A stretch of 64,000 nt of DNA from Treponemataceae bacterium (GTDB lineage Bacteria > Spirochaetota > Spirochaetia > Treponematales > Rectinemataceae). Position numbers and translations under genes: made by a program. Shown here in pieces: positions 11,130 to 20,536 of the stretch. The first letter of the stretch is position 1. Every line of letters starts with the position of its first letter. The stretch covers positions 352,001 to 416,000 of the forward strand of contig CAXXVZ010000005.1 of NCBI GenBank assembly GCA_963678065.2, in the 5' to 3' direction. Below the pieces are notes generated by a model that saw only the letters and a list, made by a program, of their open reading frames with translations, made no database searches and was not told the DNA's origin.

Positions 11130-12295
11130 TCCTGATGCCCTGCCTGTTTCGCGTGACGATCCATCAGCTCGTCGATCTTCCGTCTCGCCACGTCGAAGGC
11201 GAGGTTCCTGTCATTCATCGAGCCTTCTCCACGGATTTCCACGATCAACTTGATGTTTTCATCGACCAGGGGCTCCAGCATGTGCAGCTCTTCCGCCCCG
11301 AGCCTGACTTTCAGTACGACTCCCGTATTCGCGAACTGCTCTGCCAGGCGTAAAGGCTCATTCGGCGCAGGATCTGCGACGTTACCGATTGCACAGTCGA
11401 CCATGGTCAGACCTTGCGTCCCGAGGAGAAGCGCAGTATTGTGCGCGAAATTCCCGCAACTATGTACCGCCAAACCACCAAAATGCCGCGCCAGCTGCTG
11501 ATTGTAGGGCAACGCCGTGTTCCTGTAGGCTGCAGGAGAGAGGAAGGCCATGTTGTCGTCCGAGATGCTGATGCCAGGGAGTCCGGGAGCTGACAGCATC
11601 ATGTGCCCCGGCGTGGAAAGCGTCATCCCGATGGCCTCCATCTGCCTCTCGGAAAAACCTACGATGGTATCCGTTATCGCCTGCAGCAAGGGACGGAGCG
11701 CTTCCGGCTCAGTAACCGACATCATGAGGAATTCACAGGAGTCGACAACAAGGCTTGCGGTGTCGTTGACGCTCTGTGTATCGGTGAGCGAGATGTCAAG
11801 CCGGTCCCCGGTGCTCTCCCGAAAATATTCGATCGTATCAAGCACCATCCGCATCGGTTCACAGCCGGCAATGTCGGGCTTCCGGAAGTCCGCGACATCC
11901 TCCAGTGTGCTATAGACCGACGTGGTTTGGGGTGCGGAGAAATCATCCCAGTGGAAGGGACAACCGAAGGCCGCTGCATAGATCCCCACTCCATGCCATG
12001 GTTCCAGGTAGGAAAAGATGATGTCCGACCGGAGTTCCAGATACCTGGAGAGGAGGTCGAGCTGGAATCCCAGCGATTTTTTCCTGTCCCTGCACAGAGC
12101 GCCGAAATGGTCGAGCGCGGTTGCCGGGCGCTGCACGACAGGGACGAACCACTCACCACCTGCCATGAAACTTCGGAACGATGCCTCCTTGATTTCCTTC
12201 ATTTTCAGGAATCGGTCATAGGGGAACTCGCCAGGTTGCACTGGACATCTCCTTACATATAGCGTCACGTCCTTTCTCTGCGGACGGGAACTCAC
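11126..12295 (-). CDS. Uroporphyrinogen decarboxylase/MtaA-CmuA-like (URO-D fold) protein
   Basis: AAAFGC, DTQSVNDTASLV, ISISDDNMAFLSPAAY, VHSCG; ATGA overlap with downstream gene. Confidence 0.65.
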   Translation of the reverse strand: MSSRPQRKDVTLYVRRCPVQPGEFPYDRFLKMKEIKEASFRSFMAGGEWFVPVVQRPATALDHFGALCRDRKKSLGFQLDLLSRYLELRSDIIFSYLEPWHGVGIYAAAFGCPFHWDDFSAPQTTSVYSTLEDVADFRKPDIAGCEPMRMVLDTIEYFRESTGDRLDISLTDTQSVNDTASLVVDSCEFLMMSVTEPEALRPLLQAITDTIVGFSERQMEAIGMTLSTPGHMMLSAPGLPGISISDDNMAFLSPAAYRNTALPYNQQLARHFGGLAVHSCGNFAHNTALLLGTQGLTMVDCAIGNVADPAPNEPLRLAEQFANTGVVLKVRLGAEELHMLEPLVDENIKLIVEIRGEGSMNDRNLAFDVARRKIDELMDRHAKQAGHQE

Positions 12296-12328
12296 TCTGC
12301 CATTTTCGTGGCGAGGCTTCCTCCGGGC

Positions 12329-13834
12329 TCAGAAGAGGCTGTTCGCCATCTCGACAGTATGCCCGACAAGCAGTGTGCCGCCTTCCGGTCCGACGAGATT
12401 GCTGGCAGGAATGGCGCTGTAGCCGCCGCCCTGTACAGCCCGCGCGGTCGGGAGATAGCCACCCTCGTCGCAGGCGAGCTGCACGATAAGCAGCTGCTTC
12501 GCCCTACAGCGCCCGCGCATTCTGAGGCCGTATTCCAGATACAGCTCGAAGGGGTTGGTGACCAGCACGGAATCGCCTATCCGAACAGCATGGATTTCGG
12601 TCTGGAAAAAATCAGCGGATTGCTGGAGGCGGAACCTGCGCACAACGCCATATGGCGGGAAAGCCTCCTCGCGGAGCTTGGACGATAGCGCGCCATAGAC
12701 TTCGTCGATGTCGCCATGGATACCGTTCCGGGCAAGGATGTCCGCGCACAGGATTTGCGCCCGCGCGTATTCCTCGGCTGTTACGCGACGCAGGGGCAGC
12801 TCGAGCTTCCTGGAAACATGTCGGAAGATGACTGCTCCCTGCGACTTTCGTTCTGCCCTTGGGAAGGCCTCGACGACAGCTCCGGCGATTCGCCGCCCCA
12901 GTATCTCCAGTCCTCGTTCGTCATACATCTCCCATCCCGACCCATCCGTGCCGGAAACCGGAAGGTGGCTGTTGAGCGGGGACTCGCGAACCTCCGTCGA
13001 GGCTTCCCGGCGCAGCCGGACGAGATCGCGGGGAGACTGGTCCCCCGCAGATCCGATTGCCGCGAGGACAAAAATGCCGCTGCCGAGTTTCCTGCGGATC
13101 TCCGCCCTCGCCTCGCTCCAGTAATCTGCCGACACAAAGGACTTGTGTTCCACAACCTGGGAAGGACAGCACACATTCGCCATGACCCCCGTAAGGTGGT
13201 CTGACGAGTCCAGGAAAAAGAGCATTTCCACATTGGAATCGTTCGGTCCGAGAATTCCCTCAAAATCAGCCGTTCCCGTATCACCGTACATTTTCACCGA
13301 ACCATCCCGGTACGAGGCCATCCTGCAATGTCCTGTCACGGCGGGCTCCGTTTCCGCGCCTACCCGGCCAGGCATTCTCCCGTTCCATGCCTCCTCAGAG
13401 GCATCGGCAACCTGCCTGACAAGGAATGCGAAGTATTCCGTGGGTGACACCAGACCTTCTCGGGCAGAAGCCATCGGTGTCGCCGTCATTCGCGGACCGG
13501 CATTGTCGGCCCAGAAGCATGGGGCAGTGTGGGTGTGAGTCGCGAACATTATGATCCCATCGGTATCGAAGCCCGGAATCCTCCTGCATACCTCGATCCT
13601 GACGTTTTCGAGCAGCGAGCGGGGAATGGAGGCGAGATCGCAGGACACAAGGATGCAGGCCTCTCTCTCACCCGGGGCGTCCACAGTCTCCAGGGCGAGG
13701 GCGGTGATGGTCAGGGGATCCCGGACGTACTCCGAAATCCGCTCGTAGAATTGCCCCCGCAGCGCCACCGGTCCTGCGGGAACGATTTCGCGCGATGCCC
13801 ACCCGACATTGAGAGTGTTTCCACCTTCCTGCAT
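12329..13834 (-). CDS. Neutral/alkaline ceramidase-like hydrolase (uncharacterised)
   Basis: DPLTITALAL, VSCDL, ATHTHTAP, VSADYW, GSAGDQSP, TNPFELY, GGYLPT. Confidence 0.65.
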   Translation of the reverse strand: MQEGGNTLNVGWASREIVPAGPVALRGQFYERISEYVRDPLTITALALETVDAPGEREACILVSCDLASIPRSLLENVRIEVCRRIPGFDTDGIIMFATHTHTAPCFWADNAGPRMTATPMASAREGLVSPTEYFAFLVRQVADASEEAWNGRMPGRVGAETEPAVTGHCRMASYRDGSVKMYGDTGTADFEGILGPNDSNVEMLFFLDSSDHLTGVMANVCCPSQVVEHKSFVSADYWSEARAEIRRKLGSGIFVLAAIGSAGDQSPRDLVRLRREASTEVRESPLNSHLPVSGTDGSGWEMYDERGLEILGRRIAGAVVEAFPRAERKSQGAVIFRHVSRKLELPLRRVTAEEYARAQILCADILARNGIHGDIDEVYGALSSKLREEAFPPYGVVRRFRLQQSADFFQTEIHAVRIGDSVLVTNPFELYLEYGLRMRGRCRAKQLLIVQLACDEGGYLPTARAVQGGGYSAIPASNLVGPEGGTLLVGHTVEMANSLF

Positions 13835-13894
13835 GATTCCCCCTCTTTTCTCTCCGCGAATCCGCTTACGGTATGCAATGCAACATGATGTATG

Positions 13895-13973
13895 AGCATA
13901 TGACGTGACTGGAAATCTGTCAAGATAAAATTTCGAAAATTTATGCATATATAATCCACTAATTTTCGAAAAT
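13895..13973 (-). promoter_or_regulatory. Sigma70-type promoter (TTGACA-17-TATGCT) with two TTTTCGAAAA-type palindromes upstream
   Basis: Minus-strand -35 at 13923-13918 and -10 at 13900-13895; ATAAAATTTCGAAAATTTAT 13925-13944 and ATTTTCGAAAAT 13962-13973. Confidence 0.7.
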
Positions 13974-13981
13974 ATATGTCA

Positions 13982-14311
13982 TTAGTTTTCGCAACCCGCG
14001 CAATGACTCCCAATCTCCATCTGCGCCAGCGGAAAGTGCTGCTGACTGCCATAGACATCGCAATCGCCGGGTGCGCCGGAGCTTACGGGGCGCGGCATTG
14101 TCACCTTGATGGCGAGTATTCTCCGGAAAGGGTGAATCCTGATTTTTCCCGCTTCGGTGCGGTATAACTTTGCGATTTTCTTTTCGGTGAATTCGGCCGA
14201 AGACAGAACCATTTCGAAATCCTCTTCCCGAACGAAAATCAGATCCAGCGTCAGCGTGAACGGGCCGGCGTTTTTGCTGCGTATGACTTTGGCGATATCG
14301 TATACTTTCAT
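13982..14311 (-). CDS. DUF4387 family protein (small partner of AtuA/DUF1446)
   Basis: DIAKVIRSKNAGPFTLTLD...AIKVTMPRP..SGAPGDCDVYGSQQHFPL. Confidence 0.88.
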   Translation of the reverse strand: MKVYDIAKVIRSKNAGPFTLTLDLIFVREEDFEMVLSSAEFTEKKIAKLYRTEAGKIRIHPFRRILAIKVTMPRPVSSGAPGDCDVYGSQQHFPLAQMEIGSHCAGCEN

Positions 14312-15594
14312 GATTCGACTTCTTTGACGAGTTCCAGTATCGTATCGGCGATGATGTCCCCGGCCGCAGGTTCCATTTTGCTCCAGAACGCCCAGGTGCT
14401 CTCATGCCCTCCGATGCGGTCGAAGGCTTCCCTATTCGGAACATAGCCCATCCAACCGTTCGCGAGGGAAACCACAAAAGTTCTGGATGCCGTGCTCTGT
14501 CCTTTTATGCGCAGCGAGTGTTGCGCGAAATACTCGGCCGGAACGGCTCCGAAAACCGTATCTCCTATTTTAAAAACCTGTATTTCGGCCTCCTCGTGAT
14601 CACTCCGTGAATGCAGTTCCTTCAACTTCTCAAGCGACCATCTGTACCAGCCTTTGCCGACAAGGCTCCTGAAAACATTGAAACGGGACAAATCGTCGAT
14701 GCTTTCTTCAAGCCCGCCGAAGTCGCGGTACTTGATCCGTATCGTCGCGGATTTCACCGAGAGCGAGGCCTGTGGGGAGAACCTCAGCCTATCCACGAGG
14801 TGAAGCACATCGTCGGCCAGAATGCCGCCGGCAAATTCCTTCGTATCCTTCTGGTCAGGATCCGAATAGTTCCGATGAATTACATTGCCGCAGGCTCCGT
14901 TGAGGAATACGCTGACAAAGTTTTTCCCGAAGTTTTCCTTGAGGCGATTGCACACCACACCCGGATAACCGGCGGAGAGGCTCCCCATCAGATGCACCGC
15001 ATGGCAGGAGAAATTCACGAGTGTTCCCAAATTGCCGTGGTTCAAATCCCTGACGCACAATACTCCGATTTCCGGATCGATCACGCCTTCGTTTATAAGG
15101 GTATCTTCCCCGATGGTCCGGAAATCCGGCTCGGAGATCACCGAGCCGTTTCCCATGATGTAGCGACGGTTGAATGAAATTCTTCTTTCATCGCAGGAAC
15201 CCGAAGCGATCTCGACCGGGACCATCCCGTCATAGGCCTGGATGACGGCTCTCGCTCCCTGCACAACCATGAAGTCCAGATACCTGTCTTCCTTTTCCGA
15301 ACCCGGACGGTTCACGACAGCGGGGCATGCGTGATTATGTGTCGCGCAGACCATGACGTTCCCGGCGGGTATTGCGCGTTTCAGCGCTATCATTTCGCGG
15401 ATGCGCTCCACATATTCACGCTCCGCGATGACCACATCCAGCGACAAAAAGGCCAGGACCGTGTTGCCGTCACTGAAAACGGCGGCATGGGCGAAAAGCG
15501 GGTCGATCACAGAGTCGGCAGATGCAAAATAAGTCCTGATCGGGAAATATTCGGGACTTATATCCGTTTCCGAGAATCCAGCGTATATGTTCAT
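14308..15594 (-). CDS. Neutral/alkaline ceramidase N-terminal-domain-like hydrolase
   Basis: DPLFAHAAV, ATHNHACP, FNRR, IDPEIGVL, NFSCHA, FLNGACGN, PAEYF, LANGWMGYVP. Confidence 0.72.
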   Translation of the reverse strand: MNIYAGFSETDISPEYFPIRTYFASADSVIDPLFAHAAVFSDGNTVLAFLSLDVVIAEREYVERIREMIALKRAIPAGNVMVCATHNHACPAVVNRPGSEKEDRYLDFMVVQGARAVIQAYDGMVPVEIASGSCDERRISFNRRYIMGNGSVISEPDFRTIGEDTLINEGVIDPEIGVLCVRDLNHGNLGTLVNFSCHAVHLMGSLSAGYPGVVCNRLKENFGKNFVSVFLNGACGNVIHRNYSDPDQKDTKEFAGGILADDVLHLVDRLRFSPQASLSVKSATIRIKYRDFGGLEESIDDLSRFNVFRSLVGKGWYRWSLEKLKELHSRSDHEEAEIQVFKIGDTVFGAVPAEYFAQHSLRIKGQSTASRTFVVSLANGWMGYVPNREAFDRIGGHESTWAFWSKMEPAAGDIIADTILELVKEVES

Positions 15595-15605
15595 GCATCC
15601 CCCTA

Positions 15606-16967
15606 TCACACCTCGACATATTTTACGGGAAACATTTCTCCCGTGTTTTCGACATTCATCAGATGATAAAGTGAAAATTCATATATTTCGCCGCCGGAAA
15701 GGTCGGAAGGCGAAAAAGGAAACGCAAGATTGCCCGCGGTCGTCTTGCGCCCTTCGAAAGGCTGATGGAGCGCGGTCGATCTGGCAAGACTGAGGATGCT
15801 GTCGGCAAGCTTCTGTGTAGGCGCAATCGCTTCGATCATGAGTCCTATTTCATGGGGCAGGGGAGGATTTTCCGGTTTGACGAAGGTGCACGCATCAAGT
15901 CCATAACGTCTGAAAATCACGCGATAGTCATTTTCGGCGACTCTGCCTCCGAGGTTGGTGGCAAGGGCTTTCATCACGCCGCTCTGCAGCTCATCGAGAT
16001 GTGCGATGACCATGGGGTCGCATGTTCCCGCGATCGCCACGGTGCGAAACCCCTTCAGTTCCGCGCCTTCCAGCTTCAGTGTCCGCTGTGCCGGAGCCCG
16101 CAGGACAGTCCTGGAAACCTTCACCGCACGGGATGATACCTGTTCGAAAATTGACTGACGCATGTCTATCATGCCTTCCGGCTCATAAAAGCGATCCGGA
16201 TCCGGCTGCTCGTACAGCGAGTGCCCGGCGACGGATTCAGGTGTGCATTTCCTCGCCAGATCGACCGGTTCGACAATGAAATGATCCTTGCGGAGGGTAC
16301 AGAGCAGAGAATCGTTCGCACCCGCCGGATAAGCGCAGAGCGCCCCGCATTCCGCGATTTTGGCGCAATGCAGGGAAAGCCCGGGGTCAAACCCCTTCCA
16401 TATTGGATAGGCTGCGAAGATTGCGGTGTCACAACAGCGACCGGAGACAATCACGTCCGCTCCACCCGCCAGAGCCTCTATCAGGGGTTCCGTACCGAAC
16501 TGTCCGACAGGATTGCATACATTGTCGATTTTTTCGACGGTAAGTCCATGAACCGGCCCGCAGGGAGAAATCCGGCCTTCCGCCAATGCCTGTCTGAGCG
16601 TCTCTCGCGATATGTCGGAATATATGACTGCCAGTCTGAAATGGAGATCTTTTGCGCCGGCGATGTCCAGCAGTATTTCCACGAATGTGTCGACGTGCGG
16701 CTTCGCGCCGGAACCGCCTGCGCTGCCGATTATCAGCGGGATTTTTTTCCGCCTCGCGGCGAGCAGGGCAAGTTCGAGGTCGCGCCGGACCTGCATCTCT
16801 TTCACAAAACCTTTGCCGCTTCCCAGATAATACGGTCCGGGATCTGTCGAACCGCTGTCCACGCCTATGAACGCCAGGTCTTCCAGCAGCGCCCGCCGTA
16901 ATCCTTCCTCGGAGAAGCCGTAGCCCAGCATGCCGCAGACAGACAGATATTTGATCTCCTCAGGCAT
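15606..16967 (-). CDS. AtuA/DUF1446 family protein
   Basis: GMLGYGF, DSGSTDPGPYYLGSG, IGSAGGSG, GQFGTEP, AKIAECGA, HSLYEQPDP, TAGNLAFPFSP. Confidence 0.85.
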   Translation of the reverse strand: MPEEIKYLSVCGMLGYGFSEEGLRRALLEDLAFIGVDSGSTDPGPYYLGSGKGFVKEMQVRRDLELALLAARRKKIPLIIGSAGGSGAKPHVDTFVEILLDIAGAKDLHFRLAVIYSDISRETLRQALAEGRISPCGPVHGLTVEKIDNVCNPVGQFGTEPLIEALAGGADVIVSGRCCDTAIFAAYPIWKGFDPGLSLHCAKIAECGALCAYPAGANDSLLCTLRKDHFIVEPVDLARKCTPESVAGHSLYEQPDPDRFYEPEGMIDMRQSIFEQVSSRAVKVSRTVLRAPAQRTLKLEGAELKGFRTVAIAGTCDPMVIAHLDELQSGVMKALATNLGGRVAENDYRVIFRRYGLDACTFVKPENPPLPHEIGLMIEAIAPTQKLADSILSLARSTALHQPFEGRKTTAGNLAFPFSPSDLSGGEIYEFSLYHLMNVENTGEMFPVKYVEV

Positions 16968-16970
16968 ATT

Positions 16971-17618
16971 TCACCTCGCGCCAATTCGTGATGAATATAC
17001 ATCGGTGAACGAATAGGTCGACGGAATGCCGAGGGATTCGTTGATCTTTGTCATATTGCCCTCCGTCTCGGCGTTCAGATTTTCGAAGTAACTGTTGCCG
17101 TGCGCATCCAGCGCCACGAAGAAAGGTCCGAAATTTCTCACTTCCATCACCCAGGTAGCCTCGGTTTTCCCGAGTTCATCGAGAAAATACACACAGTGGA
17201 CCTTCGTCACCTGATCCCGCAGTTGGTTTCCGCATACGCCGATTTTGCTGAGATAGATTCCGCCGACTTCCTTCAGCGCTTCCGACGTATGCGACCCCAT
17301 CGTGGTCTTCCCGATCAGCGTGCGCAGGCCGAACTTCCTGACGACGTCCGCTCCGTAACGCTCAAACCGTATGCTTGAGGTCGGTTCGATGCTGACGATC
17401 TTCCATTCGCCCGCTTCCTGCCGCATAACAGGACCGACGTGAAAGAAACAATTTACCTTCGCATAATCCAGCGGAGGAAACAGGTTCTCTTCGATGGCGC
17501 GTATATGGAAACGGCTGCGGCCGGTGAAGAGCATGCCGCTGACATGCACGATCTCCCCAAGTCTCAACGCCAAAGCGTCCTCTTCACTCAAGGGAAGCCG
17601 TATTTCTCTTGTTTTCAT
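16971..17618 (-). CDS. Fe-S hydro-lyase beta subunit (fumarase/tartrate dehydratase TtdB-like)
   Basis: FHVGPV, PTSSIRFE, IGK, ELGKTEATW, FGPFFVALDAHGN. Confidence 0.85.
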   Translation of the reverse strand: MKTREIRLPLSEEDALALRLGEIVHVSGMLFTGRSRFHIRAIEENLFPPLDYAKVNCFFHVGPVMRQEAGEWKIVSIEPTSSIRFERYGADVVRKFGLRTLIGKTTMGSHTSEALKEVGGIYLSKIGVCGNQLRDQVTKVHCVYFLDELGKTEATWVMEVRNFGPFFVALDAHGNSYFENLNAETEGNMTKINESLGIPSTYSFTDVYSSRIGAR

Positions 17619-17629
17619 GTTCGATCCTT

Positions 17630-18541
17630 TCAGTTCCAGCACCCGATATCATCGGAAAAAATTGTTTTCCCATCAGCGGTGATGGTGGCTTTCCACCGTC
17701 TGCCGACCAGACACTGGGCGTTCACGGCCACCGGCAGGGCAGCCGTGTGCGTGACTGATTTTTCGATGTTGATCGCCATGACGCAGTTGATTCCGCGCGA
17801 TCCCATCGGTCCGAGTCCCAGCCTTCTGGAGGCTTCGAGCAACTCAATTTCCAGTTTTGCCGTTTCCGCGTCGGGATTATGCCGCCCGATCACACGGAGC
17901 AAAGCCGCCTCTTTTGCCATTTTCATGCACAGATCCGCAGTGCCGCCGATACCGACGCCGATGATCGCGGGCGGGCATATTTTCCCGGCGTAACATGAAT
18001 CCTTGATGCACTCGATGACGAATTTTTTTATTCCCGCGAGGCCGTCCGACGGGAACAGCATCCGGAAAAAGGCGCCGAATATCTCGGAACCGCCCCCTTT
18101 GGGTGCGGCAATTATTTCCAGCTGTCCGTTTTTGCCTTCAAAAGAGATTTCGACCTTGGGCATGCCAGGACCGAGATTGTTGCCGGGATTTTCCCTGGTG
18201 AGAGGATCGACCATGGTGGGACGGAGAAAGCTCTCGGCAGTCGCCCTGGCGGTAGCATGTTGGGCCGCCCTGTAGATGGAGGGGATTCCTCCCGCGATTT
18301 CCGCATCCGGAGCCACCTTGATGAAAAAAAGGGGGAAGCCTGTATCTCCGCAGACCAATCCTTTCCCCGCTTCCGACAACTCGGCATTTTTCAGACAGCT
18401 TTCCAGATGAGAGATCGCCAGAGGCTCGGTTTCCTCCGAGACTGCTCTCTCCAACGCGTTCTTTATGTCCCGTGGCATCCGCGTCGCTGCCGATCGCAGC
18501 GCTTCATACAACGCGGATTCGATTGTCTTCTCCGTGAGCAT
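17630..18541 (-). CDS. Fe-S hydro-lyase alpha subunit (fumarase/tartrate dehydratase TtdA-like)
   Basis: CGDTG, LRP, KGGGSE, CPPAIIGVGIGG, GLGPMG, HTAALPVAVNAQC. Confidence 0.88.
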   Translation of the reverse strand: MLTEKTIESALYEALRSAATRMPRDIKNALERAVSEETEPLAISHLESCLKNAELSEAGKGLVCGDTGFPLFFIKVAPDAEIAGGIPSIYRAAQHATARATAESFLRPTMVDPLTRENPGNNLGPGMPKVEISFEGKNGQLEIIAAPKGGGSEIFGAFFRMLFPSDGLAGIKKFVIECIKDSCYAGKICPPAIIGVGIGGTADLCMKMAKEAALLRVIGRHNPDAETAKLEIELLEASRRLGLGPMGSRGINCVMAINIEKSVTHTAALPVAVNAQCLVGRRWKATITADGKTIFSDDIGCWN

Positions 18542-18624
18542 CCCAAACCTCCTCACTCTTGCGCGCACGTTCGCTGCGAAAAACGCAAGGAGCGATCCTG
18601 CGCCGAGTTCATCGTTTCCGGCCT

Positions 18625-19314
18625 TTATCGCCCGAAACCCACTTCATTTATCAGGATACCATCCGCTTTCATGGCCAGCAGAAACTCCACTCTTTCGCGC
18701 GTCGTATATCCTACGGTTTCATCCTCGAGTCTCCCCGTCATGATCCAGACCAGGCATCCGGCCGCATGTATTTCCTCTATCAAAGCCGCATTCGCCCACT
18801 TTTCCCATAGCCGGATCGTGCCGGCTCCCGCTGTTGCGAAGTCCCGCCAGTCCGATGGTTCGGGAATGAAGCCGAGCACGCGGTACCCCGAGTCGCTGTT
18901 CCTGAGGATATGGGCATCGCGCACCGAGCAAACCCCGAATACGACCTTCGAGCCATAATCCCTTCGCTCGACCGCTGAAATCAGTTTTTCCAGACTTGCC
19001 CCGCCCTCCTTGACATGGAAGAGGAGAGATCCAAGTCCTGCATCGAAAAATTCCTCGAGAAAGGCAGGACCGAAATCGGGCCTGGCGATATGGCGGCGGG
19101 AATGAAAATCCTCGGCCGAGAGCTTGCATATTTTCTCCTCGTCGCCGAAGAGTCGACGGAGATCGGCATCATGGCTGATGACGGGAATACCATCCCGAGT
19201 GAAGCGTATGTCGATTTCCAGATAATCAGCCCCGAGAGCGAGAGAATGACGCGCTGCCGCGAGCGTCGATTCGGGAAACAGATCGGTGCCACAGCGATGC
19301 GCAACAATGGTCAT
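18625..19314 (-). CDS. Glycerophosphodiester phosphodiesterase family protein
   Basis: IVAHRCG, PESTL, GADYLEIDIRFTRDG, ISHD, ADGILIN. Confidence 0.85.
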   Translation of the reverse strand: MTIVAHRCGTDLFPESTLAAARHSLALGADYLEIDIRFTRDGIPVISHDADLRRLFGDEEKICKLSAEDFHSRRHIARPDFGPAFLEEFFDAGLGSLLFHVKEGGASLEKLISAVERRDYGSKVVFGVCSVRDAHILRNSDSGYRVLGFIPEPSDWRDFATAGAGTIRLWEKWANAALIEEIHAAGCLVWIMTGRLEDETVGYTTRERVEFLLAMKADGILINEVGFGR

Positions 19315-19396
19315 ATCCAACCTCGGCGGACATCGGGCAACATCGGACAATGCGTCCGCGGGAACGATCCGGAGCATGCCAGAAACACGGAGGGTT

Positions 19397-20440
19397 TCAT
19401 TCGAGGGAAGCCAGCGCCGTGAGGATCGCGGGGATCCCCACCCTCCAGTTCTCCGGTACTCCCTCGCTCAGCTCGAAGCAGTAGAGCCGAGGTCCCGCGG
19501 CCAGGGCCATGCCGCGTATCAGGGCGGCAAGCTCCTCTCCGGGCAGGTCGTAGCAACCGAGCGAGGGATTGATCCAGAGAAAGGCATCATGCCAGCGTTC
19601 TCTCGCCTCGGCCAGTTCCATATCCCCCTCGGGAGAAGGGGTGAGAGAATCGATATCGAAGCCCAGACGGGCGATGTCGCCGGCGATGAGCTTCAGCTTT
19701 CCGTCATAATGAACAAGAAGCCTCTTGCCCTTCCCATGCAAAATCCGGTTGATTCCTTCGTAGAGGGGAACGATGTGCTTCCGGTACGCATCAGGCCCGA
19801 TGGCGTCGATGCTCATGTTCTCCCAGAGTTTCACGATCCCTGCCTTCGACGCGGCAACGCAGGTAAATTCGTCGAGCTTCAGGGAGTTCATCAATTCGAG
19901 AAGATCGAAGAGATCGGCCTGCTCATCGGCGAGGTGATAGGAAAAGGCCTCGAGGCCTGCGTAGTCGATCTGGATCTTCTGGAAGGGCGTCCGGCCGACC
20001 TGTGCGAGAGTCATGCCGCGATCGCCCAGCGCCGCTTCGGATTCATTCCAGGCCTGGTCTGTCGCCGTATACCGGGTCCCCTCGAAAGCCTGCGTCAGTA
20101 TCCGGTAGTCGGAAGGCTTCTTGATGAAATACTCCATGCGCCACGGCAGGAGACCCCGACCAGAATCGCCCAGGTAATATTCGTGCAGTTCACCGGCAGA
20201 GGTACAAATCGTCACATCCCGTCGTTCAAGACCTTCCTCACGGGATTTCTTTTCGATGATCTCGCAATTGGGATGGTTTGCCTCAACGACGGCAACGTGG
20301 TTGACCTGGCCCAGGCCCAGGGAGAAGAGCCATTCCCAGTCCACGGTCGGATTGGGAACGAAGGCGTCATAGACGACATAGACAGGATGCTCGATCTGTC
20401 CTCCACCGAGGGCCGCCTTGAGTCTTTCGCGTATGCTCAT
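19397..20440 (-). CDS. URO-D-like (MtaA/CmuA fold) protein
   Basis: RERLKAAL, EYFIK, RTPFQ, WENM, VHYDG, IDSLTPSPEGDM. Confidence 0.6.
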   Translation of the reverse strand: MSIRERLKAALGGGQIEHPVYVVYDAFVPNPTVDWEWLFSLGLGQVNHVAVVEANHPNCEIIEKKSREEGLERRDVTICTSAGELHEYYLGDSGRGLLPWRMEYFIKKPSDYRILTQAFEGTRYTATDQAWNESEAALGDRGMTLAQVGRTPFQKIQIDYAGLEAFSYHLADEQADLFDLLELMNSLKLDEFTCVAASKAGIVKLWENMSIDAIGPDAYRKHIVPLYEGINRILHGKGKRLLVHYDGKLKLIAGDIARLGFDIDSLTPSPEGDMELAEARERWHDAFLWINPSLGCYDLPGEELAALIRGMALAAGPRLYCFELSEGVPENWRVGIPAILTALASLE

Positions 20441-20536
20441 ATTCTTGAACCATCCTTGAACGAGGCGCCTTTCCGCCATCAGCTCTCCGGGTTTATCGAT
20501 ATTGTGGCTTTGGAAGATGTGATCCGACTCGCACCG

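Noticed and set aside
11126..12295. URO-D-like genes as heme biosynthesis (hemE)
   Set aside because: Lack the HemE RQAGR motif and have no hem neighbours
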